From contig JALGVQ010000003.1 of assembly GCA_025774615.1 (NCBI GenBank), positions 1 to 49,837 on the forward strand: DNA of 49,837 nucleotides, written 5' to 3'. Of the stretch, positions 1 through 9,484 are shown piece by piece (position 1 is the first letter of the stretch; every line of letters begins with the position of its first letter). The DNA is from a bacterium. Lineage in GTDB: Bacteria > Blakebacterota > Blakebacteria > Blakebacterales > Blakebacteraceae. The position numbers were made by a program, and so were the translations under genes. Below the pieces are notes generated by a model that saw nothing but the letters and a program-made list of their open reading frames with translations, was not told the origin of the DNA and ran no database searches.

Positions 1-246
1 AGTCAGGTCGTTCCCATCGACATGGAGCCTGATCGAGTTGATGTCGAGCTGCCGCTCTGAGTCGATGAAGGAGATCGAGATCATCGAGGTGGTTTGTGGT
101 ACCGTCTCTCCCGGTTCGGGGGAGAGGATGAGGGTATTGAACACAGGTTCCTGGGCCGAGGCATTCCACAGGGGAACGACGATCAGCGCGACCAGCACTC
201 CCCGGAGAAGGAGCCGCGCGGGCTGAAATCGTGATGTAATACGCAT
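1..246 (-). CDS. Secreted protein, N-terminal part only (runs off window); Ig-like N-terminal domain
   Basis: Not in ORF track. Manual translation from ATG 246: MRITSRFQPARLLLRGVLVALIVVPLWNASAQEPVFNTLILSPEPGETVPQTTSMISISFIDSERQLDINSIRLHVDGNDLT. Signal peptide ends ASA-Q; purine-rich GGGAG upstream; 19 bp downstream of the FecR gene. Confidence 0.75.
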   Translation of the reverse strand, partial: MRITSRFQPARLLLRGVLVALIVVPLWNASAQEPVFNTLILSPEPGETVPQTTSMISISFIDSERQLDINSIRLHVDGNDLT

Positions 247-265
247 GGCGATTCTCCCTTCCCTC

Positions 266-1021
266 TCAGTTCAGGCCTGGTGGAATGAGCTGTGCAACCT
301 GTGACTTCGGCAGTGTGATGACCATCGTCTTCAAGTTTCCGTCCTCATCCATGAACGGGATCTCGATTTCAATCATCTCTTCCCCTGCCTCGGTGGATTC
401 TTCCTCGCTCCCAAGCGCTCTGAACGAGGTCACTTCTTCAGGATCGGTCTTGTTCACCTCGGGGGCAGCCGAGGCCTCAGTGATCGTTCCGGTAAAACCC
501 GCTGGAATCTCAACGGTACCGATATCGTTGAAGAAGTCGAGTACGCCGTCGATGGTGATGATCGTGGTCGCCCCGTCCGGAGCGACCCGTACATAGAATT
601 CAGTGCCCTTGACCGCCGCGACAGCGGTGGGTGTCTCGATCCGGTATTCGGCGTTCTCCCGGCGATTGATCCGAGCCCACAGTTCACCGATCTCGATCGT
701 CAGGGTCTTGCGCATCGCGGTGCGCTCTCCCTCTGCCCGGATCTGAAGATCACAGCTTCCATTCATCCGCATGATCGATCCGTCATCGGTGAACCGGATG
801 GCCGCCCTGGTGTTGTCTGAAGTGTACAGGTTGTCACCATGGTTCAGGATATCCCCCATCGCGCCCTCCCGTGTCTGACCTGACTCAGGCGTGACGGCAA
901 GTCGCTGGTCGAGAAGCAGCCGGTAAACGATGGCGATGTTCTGGTTCTGCGCGTATGTGGCTGTCGTAAGGATCCCGGCAAGGAGGATCCCGATCACAGC
1001 GCCTTTCAGTATCTGTCTCAT
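266..1021 (-). CDS. Secreted FecR-domain protein
   Basis: Signal peptide (TYA-Q). FecR motifs GD.LYT...RAAIRFTDDGS, GELWARI, IETPTAVAAVKGTEF, IDG.L. GGAGG RBS. No N-terminal anti-sigma domain. Confidence 0.88.
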   Translation of the reverse strand: MRQILKGAVIGILLAGILTTATYAQNQNIAIVYRLLLDQRLAVTPESGQTREGAMGDILNHGDNLYTSDNTRAAIRFTDDGSIMRMNGSCDLQIRAEGERTAMRKTLTIEIGELWARINRRENAEYRIETPTAVAAVKGTEFYVRVAPDGATTIITIDGVLDFFNDIGTVEIPAGFTGTITEASAAPEVNKTDPEEVTSFRALGSEEESTEAGEEMIEIEIPFMDEDGNLKTMVITLPKSQVAQLIPPGLN

Positions 1022-1031
1022 CGGCCTCCTC

Positions 1032-2168
1032 CTATCTGATGATGATGGATACGACCTGGAGCTGACCGTTCAACACCTGCTCCAGGAGGTTTCTGAGTGA
1101 GTTCAGGTTCATCGGCTGGCCATCCACGATCACCTGCCCGGTGGGCTGGAATCCTTCGAGCTGGCTCCCCACACCCTGCATCTCCTGGATCTGGTCGATC
1201 ATCTGGTTGACCTCTTCATCGACCGTTGCTCCGACAACGCCGGCCGAGGGGTCCTCCATCTTGAACCAGAAGATCGGGCTCTCGATCTCGACCGTTCCGC
1301 TCGATGTCTCAATCTGCCGATTCACCTGCCAGGCATAAGTGGCACCCGATTCGAGCTGAATCGCTGAGATCGAAGAGGGGTAGATAGCGGTCATCTGATC
1401 GGTGATCTGAGACTCCCAGACCGCGAAACCGGATATCGCCTCTTCGGCTGATGAAGCGCCTTCTGCTTTCACTACCCGTATCTGGAACCGGGTAGTTATT
1501 CCGGCCGCGGCGGCGTCGGTACTCCAGAAGAACTGTGGCGTGCTGGTTGCGACAACGGGAAGGGTCTGTCCGAATTCATCCCCCGGCCCGAGCAGGTCGA
1601 CACGGGTAGGATTGCTCACCCAAATGCTAAATGGCATAGGAGACGGGAGCAACTGCCCATATTCATCGAGGAGTTCGAACTCGAAGATGTACTGTCCCGT
1701 CGGCAGCAGACCGGTCTGCAGGATGAGGTCCTGAAGCTCATCGGTCGCGGCATCATCGTAATCGGATTCCCGGATCCTGATGTCGCTCCCCTGATCAGCG
1801 ATATCGCGGTTTGTGAAGATCCGACCGGCCGGGGGAACCCCGAAGACCGTGGTCTCGATCGAGGCCAGGTTGGGATAGCTGTCCGAGAGGGCACCGGCAC
1901 TCAGATTTTCAATTCCAAATTTAATTCGCACCGCAACATACTGTGTGTCCGCTGATGTGTTCGTAAGTAAGGCGGTGAAAAGATCAGGATGAGAGCTGGT
2001 GTCAAATGTTTCCTGGGCCAGGTTGATGAAATCGGCCACAAAGAACGTCTGCATATTCGGCTGACTCCAGGTGAACACCATGCTTACCTGCGCCCTGCCG
2101 GCGGATGGTGATAGAACCATCATGGCTACAACACCGACGGCCAGATACCGTCGTGAACCTGAGTTCAT
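1032..2168 (-). CDS. Secreted beta-rich hypothetical protein (DUF928/FN3-like central domain)
   Basis: Start moved to ATG 2168 (GGAGG RBS, signal peptide AGRA-Q). Pattern LLGPG...TPQFFWS...IYPS...LESGATYAWQV resembles DUF928-like Ig folds; family assignment is inference. Confidence 0.7.
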   Translation of the reverse strand: MNSGSRRYLAVGVVAMMVLSPSAGRAQVSMVFTWSQPNMQTFFVADFINLAQETFDTSSHPDLFTALLTNTSADTQYVAVRIKFGIENLSAGALSDSYPNLASIETTVFGVPPAGRIFTNRDIADQGSDIRIRESDYDDAATDELQDLILQTGLLPTGQYIFEFELLDEYGQLLPSPMPFSIWVSNPTRVDLLGPGDEFGQTLPVVATSTPQFFWSTDAAAAGITTRFQIRVVKAEGASSAEEAISGFAVWESQITDQMTAIYPSSISAIQLESGATYAWQVNRQIETSSGTVEIESPIFWFKMEDPSAGVVGATVDEEVNQMIDQIQEMQGVGSQLEGFQPTGQVIVDGQPMNLNSLRNLLEQVLNGQLQVVSIIIR

Positions 2169-2335
2169 GACACATACCTCCACGAGGTTTGTACTGCAGC
2201 TCTTCTGGAGCGGGGAAGAGCAGCCCGAAGCGGCGGCCCTGTAAGTGTAACGCAACAGTCGACAAAACCGCCAGCAAAAGCCACATTTCAGGTTATATTA
2301 CCTTGTACTGCTGAATCTCACCTGATCAGGGTCGC

Positions 2336-3898
2336 TCAGAGCCCGAAGAAGCGCTGAATACGTCTCAGCAGCACCCGGTCACCGCTCTCACTCTCTTCCG
2401 GTGTACCTGATTCCTCGGTAGCCCGCTCCCGTGTTTCAGTCAGTTCCTGCGTCCGCTGGTAGTAGATCGCTGCCATCTCGGCCGCGACTTCCGGATGCTC
2501 CAGGATGATCCTCGCGAAGGCTTCCTTGTCGATGATCACGATCCGGACATCCTCGATAGCTTTCACTGTCGCCGTGCGCCGGTCTCCGGCAAGCAGACTC
2601 ATCTCACCGAAGAAGTCCCTCGGTCCCAGAACCGCCACCGACGCCTCCACACCCCCCTCTTCAGAGGCCAGGAGTACCTCTACCCGCCCCTGTTCGATGA
2701 CATAGAAGGATTCACCCTCATCACCCTGCTTGACCAGAACCTCTCCACGTCCGAAGAATTTGGGCACCAACCCCTCTGACAGGCTTTCCAGTTGCTGACG
2801 CGTCAGCGGCGTGAAGATATCCACCTGGCGCAGCAGATCGGTAATGGAGTCGGCCGTCTCCTCGATAGTCAGCGTCTCCTCCTGGCGCATGTAGACGTTC
2901 CGGATCGGCCAGGGGATGGTGATGTTGTACCGCTTGAAGACGTACCAGATGTTGGTCAGCACCTCATCGGCGGTCCTCTGCATCTTCTGGTAATCCTTCA
3001 CCCAGAACCGGAGCCGGTAGATGATGGCGCTGCTCCCGTATTCATGGGTCAGAACACGTGGAGGCGGTTGCCGAAGGGCGTCCCCGCACATCAGAATCCC
3101 CTCCATGATGGCACCCTTGACCCGGTTCGGCGGCTCCTTGTACTCGGTACGCACGTAGAGGTCGATCGCAGCGCTCGGTGTGGCCAGGTTGAAGTTGCGG
3201 ATCTCGGCTTTGGCGATCACCGAGTTCGGGATGACAACGCCGACATGCTGACGTGTTTTCAGCCGGATCGCCCGCCAGTTGAGTTCCACGACCTCTCCCT
3301 CATGATCGTCGATCTCCACCCAGTCTCCCTGCCTGAACGGGCGTTCGAACTGGAGCACCACTCCCGAAAAAAGGTCACCAAGTATATTCTGCAGGGCCAG
3401 ACCCAGAACGACGGTGATAACTGCGGCGCTTCCTCCCACCGCGACCGCATTGACGTCAAAGACCTCCACCAGGATAAGGACCAGCGCCAGGACGATGATC
3501 ACCAGGCGGAGGGCATCCCTGAGAAGCTTCGGAACGGCTTCATCCCGGTTAACGAGATAAATCTCGAAAATCAGGGTGTCGATGAGTCGAGCGAAGAGGA
3601 AGGCAGCGACCAGAATAACGGCTGCATCAGCCAACCGTGTCAGAATCACTATCGTTTCACCAGGATCACCAACGGGGCCGATCAGAACCTGCAAGCCAGC
3701 CATAGCCTCCTTCCCCCCGGAACCGAAGAAGATGATGGCGGTGATCAGGATGATGAAGAGGCGGATGGAGCGTTCAAAAAGCCCGAGCCACTCCTTGCGC
3801 AACAGCCAGCGGAGAAGTGCCCAGGCGGGAACCGCAAAAAGGGCGGTGTAGAGGAGAGCCAGCAGGCCCGGCTTCAGTATCTCCAACCAGCTGTTCAT
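2336..3898 (-). CDS. MscS-family channel with C-terminal cyclic-nucleotide-binding domain (bCNG-like)
   Basis: MscS core GLALQNILGDLFSG...RPFRQGDWVEI...IPNS. cNMP domain LVKQGDEGESFYVIEQGRV...FFGEMSLL.G.RRTATV. Confidence 0.92.
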   Translation of the reverse strand: MNSWLEILKPGLLALLYTALFAVPAWALLRWLLRKEWLGLFERSIRLFIILITAIIFFGSGGKEAMAGLQVLIGPVGDPGETIVILTRLADAAVILVAAFLFARLIDTLIFEIYLVNRDEAVPKLLRDALRLVIIVLALVLILVEVFDVNAVAVGGSAAVITVVLGLALQNILGDLFSGVVLQFERPFRQGDWVEIDDHEGEVVELNWRAIRLKTRQHVGVVIPNSVIAKAEIRNFNLATPSAAIDLYVRTEYKEPPNRVKGAIMEGILMCGDALRQPPPRVLTHEYGSSAIIYRLRFWVKDYQKMQRTADEVLTNIWYVFKRYNITIPWPIRNVYMRQEETLTIEETADSITDLLRQVDIFTPLTRQQLESLSEGLVPKFFGRGEVLVKQGDEGESFYVIEQGRVEVLLASEEGGVEASVAVLGPRDFFGEMSLLAGDRRTATVKAIEDVRIVIIDKEAFARIILEHPEVAAEMAAIYYQRTQELTETRERATEESGTPEESESGDRVLLRRIQRFFGL

Positions 3899-4674
3899 CC
3901 GCGCAATCCGATAGAGCGAAGGAAGCGTATCGACTGGACTGCATTATCCCGGTGCATCTCCAGTACTACGGTCGAATCAAGACACGCCCCACAGAGCTCC
4001 GGCAGGATGGTCGCATAGGGGATCTCACCCTCCCCCAGCGCGAGGTGATCATCACTCTTTCCTTCATTGTCATTGAGATGGAGGTGGGTAATCAGGTGCC
4101 CCATGGTGATGACCCACGCTGACTGGCCATCCCGGCTGTAGAGATGCACATGGGCGGGATCGAAGCACATCCGGGTACGGGCATCGGCGAAGGTATTGAA
4201 AATATCGGTAAAGAACTCGACTGTCGGTTCGTAACTGTTCTCGATACAGACCTCTACTCCCTCCTCCTCAGCGACCCCGTTCAGTTCCGCCCATACCGGC
4301 TTTGAGCGCTCCTTCCAGCCCGGGAGCACACCCGCCGGCAACAGTGGATTATGGAACGTGTGGTATACGATCTTCTGCCCGCCCAGAGCGGCGCAGACCT
4401 CCACACCCTGGATAAAGCAATTCCTGGTATAGTCACGGATAGTCGGATCGAGACTGCCGGGATTGAGGTCGAAGAGTGGTCCGTGCGTTGTCACTGCACC
4501 CGCCCGGTCTTCCAGAGTTTTCCTGATCTTCTCCGCGTCGTCGAGTGCTCCCTTCCCCATCAACCAACTGGTATCATAGAGGGTTACCTCGAGCCCCAGA
4601 CCTTCCTCCTCCACCCAATCGAGCACTGATTCCACCTCATCGAAGGAAACACTCAGCAATAATTGCCCGATCAT
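3895..4674 (-). CDS. Sugar phosphate isomerase/epimerase / AP endonuclease 2 TIM-barrel protein
   Basis: Metal-ligand motifs IENS, CFDPAH, HLHLNDN...DDHLALGEG, VLEM. ATGA overlaps with both neighbours. Confidence 0.85.
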   Translation of the reverse strand: MIGQLLLSVSFDEVESVLDWVEEEGLGLEVTLYDTSWLMGKGALDDAEKIRKTLEDRAGAVTTHGPLFDLNPGSLDPTIRDYTRNCFIQGVEVCAALGGQKIVYHTFHNPLLPAGVLPGWKERSKPVWAELNGVAEEEGVEVCIENSYEPTVEFFTDIFNTFADARTRMCFDPAHVHLYSRDGQSAWVITMGHLITHLHLNDNEGKSDDHLALGEGEIPYATILPELCGACLDSTVVLEMHRDNAVQSIRFLRSIGLRG

Positions 4675-5579
4675 GGGAGTCCCTGCTTTCCCCCGGTCGA
4701 ATCAGGAGGTCGGACCTTGAACAACATCTGCCACATTGAATATCTGTTCATGTCGGCAAGAAGCCGGTGCAGTTCATCGAGTACGGCTTCCATCTGTTCC
4801 AGGTTCCTGTCGATCCGGGGACCTGTTGAATCGAGCATCGAGTCGGCGTTCCTGGTCAGGGCACTGAGGTTGCCGATCAGGGTCAGCGTCGTGTCGAGTG
4901 TCGCCGAAAAGCGCGGACGATTCTCATCGATGACACTGTTGACAAGATCGAGCGAGTGAGCCGCCGATCGCATCGCGTATCGCAGGCTGTCAGCGAGTAC
5001 GACAAGTTCATATTCGAGCAGCGCGAACGTCTCCCTGGCGAACACCATGGTGTTGGTGAACTCATCGATCAGATTCCCCGCTCTCTCAGGATCGAGTATC
5101 TCAGCCAGATTGCTTGCCACGAGTTCGACCGTCTGGGCGAGTGTGTCGGCCCGGCTGATCATCTGGGCGAGTCCGGGAGAGGTGATCTGGGGAAGTATCG
5201 CTCCATCCATGAGACGGGCCCCGGGGAGTTCAGGGATCCGCAGATCCACGACAGCATCACCCACGAGTCCGCCCACGGCGCCGATCGAAGCTGCCGTTCC
5301 TTCGAAGAGGGGAAAATCGGCATCTACCGCCAGGGTCAGATCGAAATAAAAGGGGGTTTCATCAACCACCGGGGTTATCAGCGTGAGCTCACCGACCCGG
5401 TATCCCGATACGTACACGGCGGTGCCCCGACGTACAGCCGGGAGAGTATCCACCTGGATGTGCAGATTGATCTTCTCTTTTTCAAGGATTCCCGCGACCG
5501 TGATGAGCGCGGCTACCACCGCCGCAATGGCCCCGAGAACGAAGAGTCCCAGCGCGAAATCCTGACGCTCGAAATTCAT
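4671..5579 (-). CDS. mlaD: MCE/MlaD family protein with long helical C-terminus
   Basis: N-terminal TM (ALGLFVLGA), MCE domain (GTAVYVSGYRVGEL...GGLVGDAVVDL), coiled-coil tail; downstream of mlaE/mlaF-like genes. Confidence 0.85.
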   Translation of the reverse strand: MNFERQDFALGLFVLGAIAAVVAALITVAGILEKEKINLHIQVDTLPAVRRGTAVYVSGYRVGELTLITPVVDETPFYFDLTLAVDADFPLFEGTAASIGAVGGLVGDAVVDLRIPELPGARLMDGAILPQITSPGLAQMISRADTLAQTVELVASNLAEILDPERAGNLIDEFTNTMVFARETFALLEYELVVLADSLRYAMRSAAHSLDLVNSVIDENRPRFSATLDTTLTLIGNLSALTRNADSMLDSTGPRIDRNLEQMEAVLDELHRLLADMNRYSMWQMLFKVRPPDSTGGKQGLP

Positions 5580-5581
5580 AT

Positions 5582-6412
5582 TCAGGACGCCTCTTTCTGT
5601 TCCAGAATGTCAGTCGGGTGGCTCATTCCCCTCCGGTCGTACTCCCGGGGGTTCTCATTGAAGACCACCCTGCCTTGATCGATGATGATAAGTCGGTCCA
5701 CGTATCTGAATAAACCCTCATGCAGTCCCTGTGAAGTGATAAGTACCCCGGGGTTCGCCGGTCTCGGATCATGGCCGATCCACTCGGGAGGCGTGGGACC
5801 GAATGCGAGATCGAGCAGTTCACTCCCCGACGAGCTGTCTATATCCATCAGGGGGTCTTCCAGAATCAGGAAGGGCGGCCGCATGGCCCATGCCCGGGCC
5901 AGCGCGACCCGCTTGCGGGATGCTTCATCCAGTTCCGCGGGACGGAGTTGACAGATTTCTCTGAGACGACAGCGGTCGATCAGCGGTTCAATGCGTTCCG
6001 TTACTCCCTGTACGTCGGTGAAGCGGGTATGGTAGAGCGCCGGGAGCGCCACATTATACCAGACGGTGAGGTTGTGTATCAGACCACTGTTGTGGAAGAG
6101 GTAGCCAACCATATGACGTAGTGCCAGTCGCTGACGCTCACTGAGGTCGTGATGGATCGTGCCCAGCAGTTCCATCTCCCCTTCATCCTGGGTTTCCACA
6201 CCGATAGCGATCCTGGGCACCAGGCGGGCACACCACTCCGATTCGACGATAAGCGCCACGATCTCTCCACCGATGACCTCGAAATTCAGTCCTTCGAACA
6301 GAATCTCGTCTCCATGTGAGGCCCGGAGATCTCTGCAGGTGAGAACCGGCCGCCCCTCGAACGCCGATCCACCGTCACCGATCACTTCTGATAATGTGGT
6401 ATCCCGTTTCAC
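5582..6412 (-). CDS. MlaF-like ABC ATP-binding protein with degenerate catalytic motifs
   Basis: MlaF-like scaffold (GYLFHNSGLIHNLTVWYNVALP, RKRVALARA). Walker A reads VESEWCAR, signature LDEA, Walker B LILEDP, H-loop ITSQ. Confidence 0.8.
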   Translation of the reverse strand: MKRDTTLSEVIGDGGSAFEGRPVLTCRDLRASHGDEILFEGLNFEVIGGEIVALIVESEWCARLVPRIAIGVETQDEGEMELLGTIHHDLSERQRLALRHMVGYLFHNSGLIHNLTVWYNVALPALYHTRFTDVQGVTERIEPLIDRCRLREICQLRPAELDEASRKRVALARAWAMRPPFLILEDPLMDIDSSSGSELLDLAFGPTPPEWIGHDPRPANPGVLITSQGLHEGLFRYVDRLIIIDQGRVVFNENPREYDRRGMSHPTDILEQKEAS

Positions 6413-6425
6413 CTATTCGACCTCA

Positions 6426-7244
6426 TCAGTAGTAAAAGAGCACCGAGACGATCGCGGATGCCAGGAACACGAGCGCAAGACATTCCACGACGGCACGCGT
6501 CGTCGCCTTCGGTACATCGGTTGGGGCGCCCCTGACCACCAGCCCGTGGAAGGACGGGAGCAGCGCGATGATCGCCCCGAAGAGCATCCCTTTCAGACCG
6601 GTGACCCAGAGATCGGCAATAGTCGCCTGATCGATGATGTAGGTGAGATAGGTACCCAGACTCATGCTGGTGGTCATCTGCGCGGCGAGAAATCCAAAGA
6701 GGATCGCGACGACATCGAAATAGACCACCAGGCACATGGTAGCCAGGGTTACACCTACGAGCCGCGGAAACACCACGTAGTGAAGCGGATCGATCCCCAT
6801 CGTCTCCAGGGCGGTTATCTCCTCCATCACCTGATTGGTGCCGAGTTCGGCGGCGATTGCGGTCCCTGATCGTCCGATTACCACCACAGCTGTCATCAGG
6901 GGACCGAGTTCCCTGATCACGGCGGCGACGAAGACCATACCGATGATCCCCTCGAATCCGACCTTCGAGGCCTGACTCAGTGTCTGGATGACGATCAGCG
7001 CGGAGATGGCGGCAGAGATAAAGGTCAGGAAGGGCAGCGCCTGCAGTCCGGTGAACTTGAGCTGATTGAGAATGACGCGCCAGGTGTATCCGATACCGTG
7101 AGAGCCGAGCCGGAAAAGCACGCCTCCCACCTGAGCGGCGAATCTGACCTTGTTGGAGATCCGCTTCAGAGAGGTTCGGGTTCGGGTTCCCACCCTCCCC
7201 ACAAAACCGGTAATTCCGTTTGCTGAAACAGGTGCGCTGGACAT
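6426..7244 (-). CDS. mlaE: MlaE family ABC permease
   Basis: IRELGPLMTAVVVIGRSGTAIAAELGT...EEITALETMGIDP...VFPR, VPKATTRAVV. Confidence 0.93.
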   Translation of the reverse strand: MSSAPVSANGITGFVGRVGTRTRTSLKRISNKVRFAAQVGGVLFRLGSHGIGYTWRVILNQLKFTGLQALPFLTFISAAISALIVIQTLSQASKVGFEGIIGMVFVAAVIRELGPLMTAVVVIGRSGTAIAAELGTNQVMEEITALETMGIDPLHYVVFPRLVGVTLATMCLVVYFDVVAILFGFLAAQMTTSMSLGTYLTYIIDQATIADLWVTGLKGMLFGAIIALLPSFHGLVVRGAPTDVPKATTRAVVECLALVFLASAIVSVLFYY

Positions 7245-7252
7245 GGAGCGAT

Positions 7253-7282
7253 AGTATAGGGACGCTCAGGAGACCTCGGCAA
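7253..7282 (-). promoter_or_regulatory. Putative sigma70 promoter of mla operon (TTGCCG-18-TATACT), near-leaderless
   Basis: -35 at 7282-7277, -10 at 7258-7253; only 8 nt to the ATG at 7244 and no SD. Confidence 0.55.
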
Positions 7283-7431
7283 CCCTCAGGTCATATGAAC
7301 CGGATACCCTGAACTGCAACTGATGGCCTGGAACTGCAATAATCTGTGTGAGAAGAGTGGCATTTGCCTGAAACCGGACAGACCGTTAAAGTAATATGAT
7401 ACCCCTTGTATGATGACAGAGGAGGAAGCTC

Positions 7432-9456
7432 CTGATCGAAGAACAGTACACCAGGACGTACACGAATGTACTCATAGAGGCTCTCTCTCATCTCTATGAA
7501 AAGGGAGACGTACGGGCACTTCTCGGGCAGTTCCTCAGCGACACCGAGAATCTCTTCCGCGCCATGGCCGTGACCTGGTGGGAATACGAACGTTCTGATG
7601 AGACACTTCTCCTGTCTGCTGTCTCCGAAGGCTTCGGTGCGCCCGGCACCAATATCTCAATCTCCGCCAAAGATGGACTGGCCGGCGCAGTCCTGAGGGA
7701 TGGCGGGATCCAGATCCTTGAAGGCACGGCAATGGCCGGAAACCTTCCCGACATCATCTCCTCTCTGGAGGACCTGGAAACAGCACTCGTCATCAGAGTG
7801 GGAACGGATATCCGCCCTCTGGGGATACTCATCGCTCTCTATCCCTCTTCTGCTTCACTCGCCATGCAGCAGAAAGAGATAATCGAGCTCATCGCTTCTG
7901 CCCTTGGACGGGCGCTGGAAGCAAATCTGCTCAGCGAGGAAGTGGAGATCCAGTACCAGCGACTGCTCCTGCTGCAGAATTTCAGCCAGCTGCTTCAGTC
8001 AGGACAGCCGATGGAGGTCCGGCTGAAGCGGCTCGTCGACAACCTCACCGAAGCGTTCAGAGCCCGATTCGGTCACATCATCCTGTCTGAGGAACGTGGA
8101 GAGCGGCTGCGGTTTCTGGCTATCTCCGGCCTCAGCATGACTGAACTGGGTGATCCCGATGTCGGACCGGGGCAGGGAGTCATCGGCAAGGTATTCGAGA
8201 GCGGTGAGCCGAAACTGGTCTCTGATGTCACCCTGGACCAGGATTACATATCAGGCCACCGTGATGTCCGCAGCGAGATGGCTGTGCCGATCAAAGCAGA
8301 GGGCGAGGTCATCGGTGTCCTCAATCTCGAATCGGATCAGCTGGACTGGTTCTCTCAAGACGATCTCCGTCTCGCCACTATTGTGGCATCGCACACCGGA
8401 GTGGCCCTGCAGCACGCGCTCGCATATGAGTCGGCACTGACCCGGATGCGTGAGCTGGAACTGCTGAATCGTGTCATGCAGGTCATCGAGCGGATCGATG
8501 ACTTCGGTGAACTCCTCCAGGAGATCACGGTTGAAATCCAGACATTCCTGCAGGTCGCTGTGGCCGGGATCATCCTTCTGGAGGAAAACCGAGTGGATAT
8601 GCGCATTCACGCAACCGCCGGAGGAGACCAGGAAACGCTAGCGAACCTCAAGCTCAAAGTCGGCAAAGGTATCACCGGTGCCGCGGCACTCACCGGTACC
8701 GTGCAGTATGTTCCGGATGTGACCCTGGATGATCGCTACATCCCCATCGACCCGCGGATCAGGTGCGAGCTGGCTGTACCCCTCACAGAGAAGGGTTCGG
8801 TGATTGGACTTCTCAATATCGAGAGTGAAGTCCGGGACGCGTTTTCCGAGGAGGACATAAGGGTGGTCGAGATCGTGGCTGCCCAGATATCACAACTGCT
8901 TTCCAAGGCCCTGCTGTATGAAGAACTTGCCACGATGGCAGTGACTGATGGACTCACCGGACTTTTCAATCATCGTCACTGTTTTGTACGGTTGGAAGCT
9001 GAGTTCAAGCGGGCCCTGCGATACTCCTACCCTCTTTCACTCATCATGATGGATATCGATCACTTCAAAGATTTCAATGACACCTACGGGCATCTGCAGG
9101 GAGATGATGTGCTGCGGAAGATCGCCGACATCATCACACTGACAATGCGTGAAACCGATGTTGTCGCGAGATATGGCGGTGAGGAATTCGTCGCCATCCT
9201 GCCGCTCTGTCACGAATCTACCGCAAAGGAAGTTGCAGACCGACTCCGGCAGAGGGTGGAGGACGCCAATCTCACCGGAGACGGCGACTCCGCCCCGATC
9301 ACCATCAGCCTCGGCATCTGCACCGCACCCCAGAACGCTTCCACATATGAAGCGCTGGTCAGAAGAGCTGACGATGCCATGTATTTCAGCAAGAAATCCG
9401 GCAGGAACCGCTGCACCATCTGGCGTGAGGAACTGGGCGAGGAAACCGACGGATAA
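7432..9456 (+). CDS. Multi-GAF sensor diguanylate cyclase
   Basis: Two clear GAF domains (GVIGKV...SEMAVPI...GVLNLES; GITG...ELAVPL...GLLNIES), TDGLTGLFN, DIDHFK, I-site RETD, RYGGEEF. The frame is open from 7417. Start placed at CTG 7432 behind GGAGG; the track start is 7564, so the start is uncertain. Confidence 0.9.
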   Translation: MIEEQYTRTYTNVLIEALSHLYEKGDVRALLGQFLSDTENLFRAMAVTWWEYERSDETLLLSAVSEGFGAPGTNISISAKDGLAGAVLRDGGIQILEGTAMAGNLPDIISSLEDLETALVIRVGTDIRPLGILIALYPSSASLAMQQKEIIELIASALGRALEANLLSEEVEIQYQRLLLLQNFSQLLQSGQPMEVRLKRLVDNLTEAFRARFGHIILSEERGERLRFLAISGLSMTELGDPDVGPGQGVIGKVFESGEPKLVSDVTLDQDYISGHRDVRSEMAVPIKAEGEVIGVLNLESDQLDWFSQDDLRLATIVASHTGVALQHALAYESALTRMRELELLNRVMQVIERIDDFGELLQEITVEIQTFLQVAVAGIILLEENRVDMRIHATAGGDQETLANLKLKVGKGITGAAALTGTVQYVPDVTLDDRYIPIDPRIRCELAVPLTEKGSVIGLLNIESEVRDAFSEEDIRVVEIVAAQISQLLSKALLYEELATMAVTDGLTGLFNHRHCFVRLEAEFKRALRYSYPLSLIMMDIDHFKDFNDTYGHLQGDDVLRKIADIITLTMRETDVVARYGGEEFVAILPLCHESTAKEVADRLRQRVEDANLTGDGDSAPITISLGICTAPQNASTYEALVRRADDAMYFSKKSGRNRCTIWREELGEETDG

Positions 9457-9484
9457 AACATGAAAACCTCTTCAGCACCCCGGT

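Noticed and set aside
2197-2226. gctcttc/gaagagc hairpin in the leader of the secreted-protein cluster
   Set aside because: A single short stem with no U-tract or recognisable riboswitch consensus.
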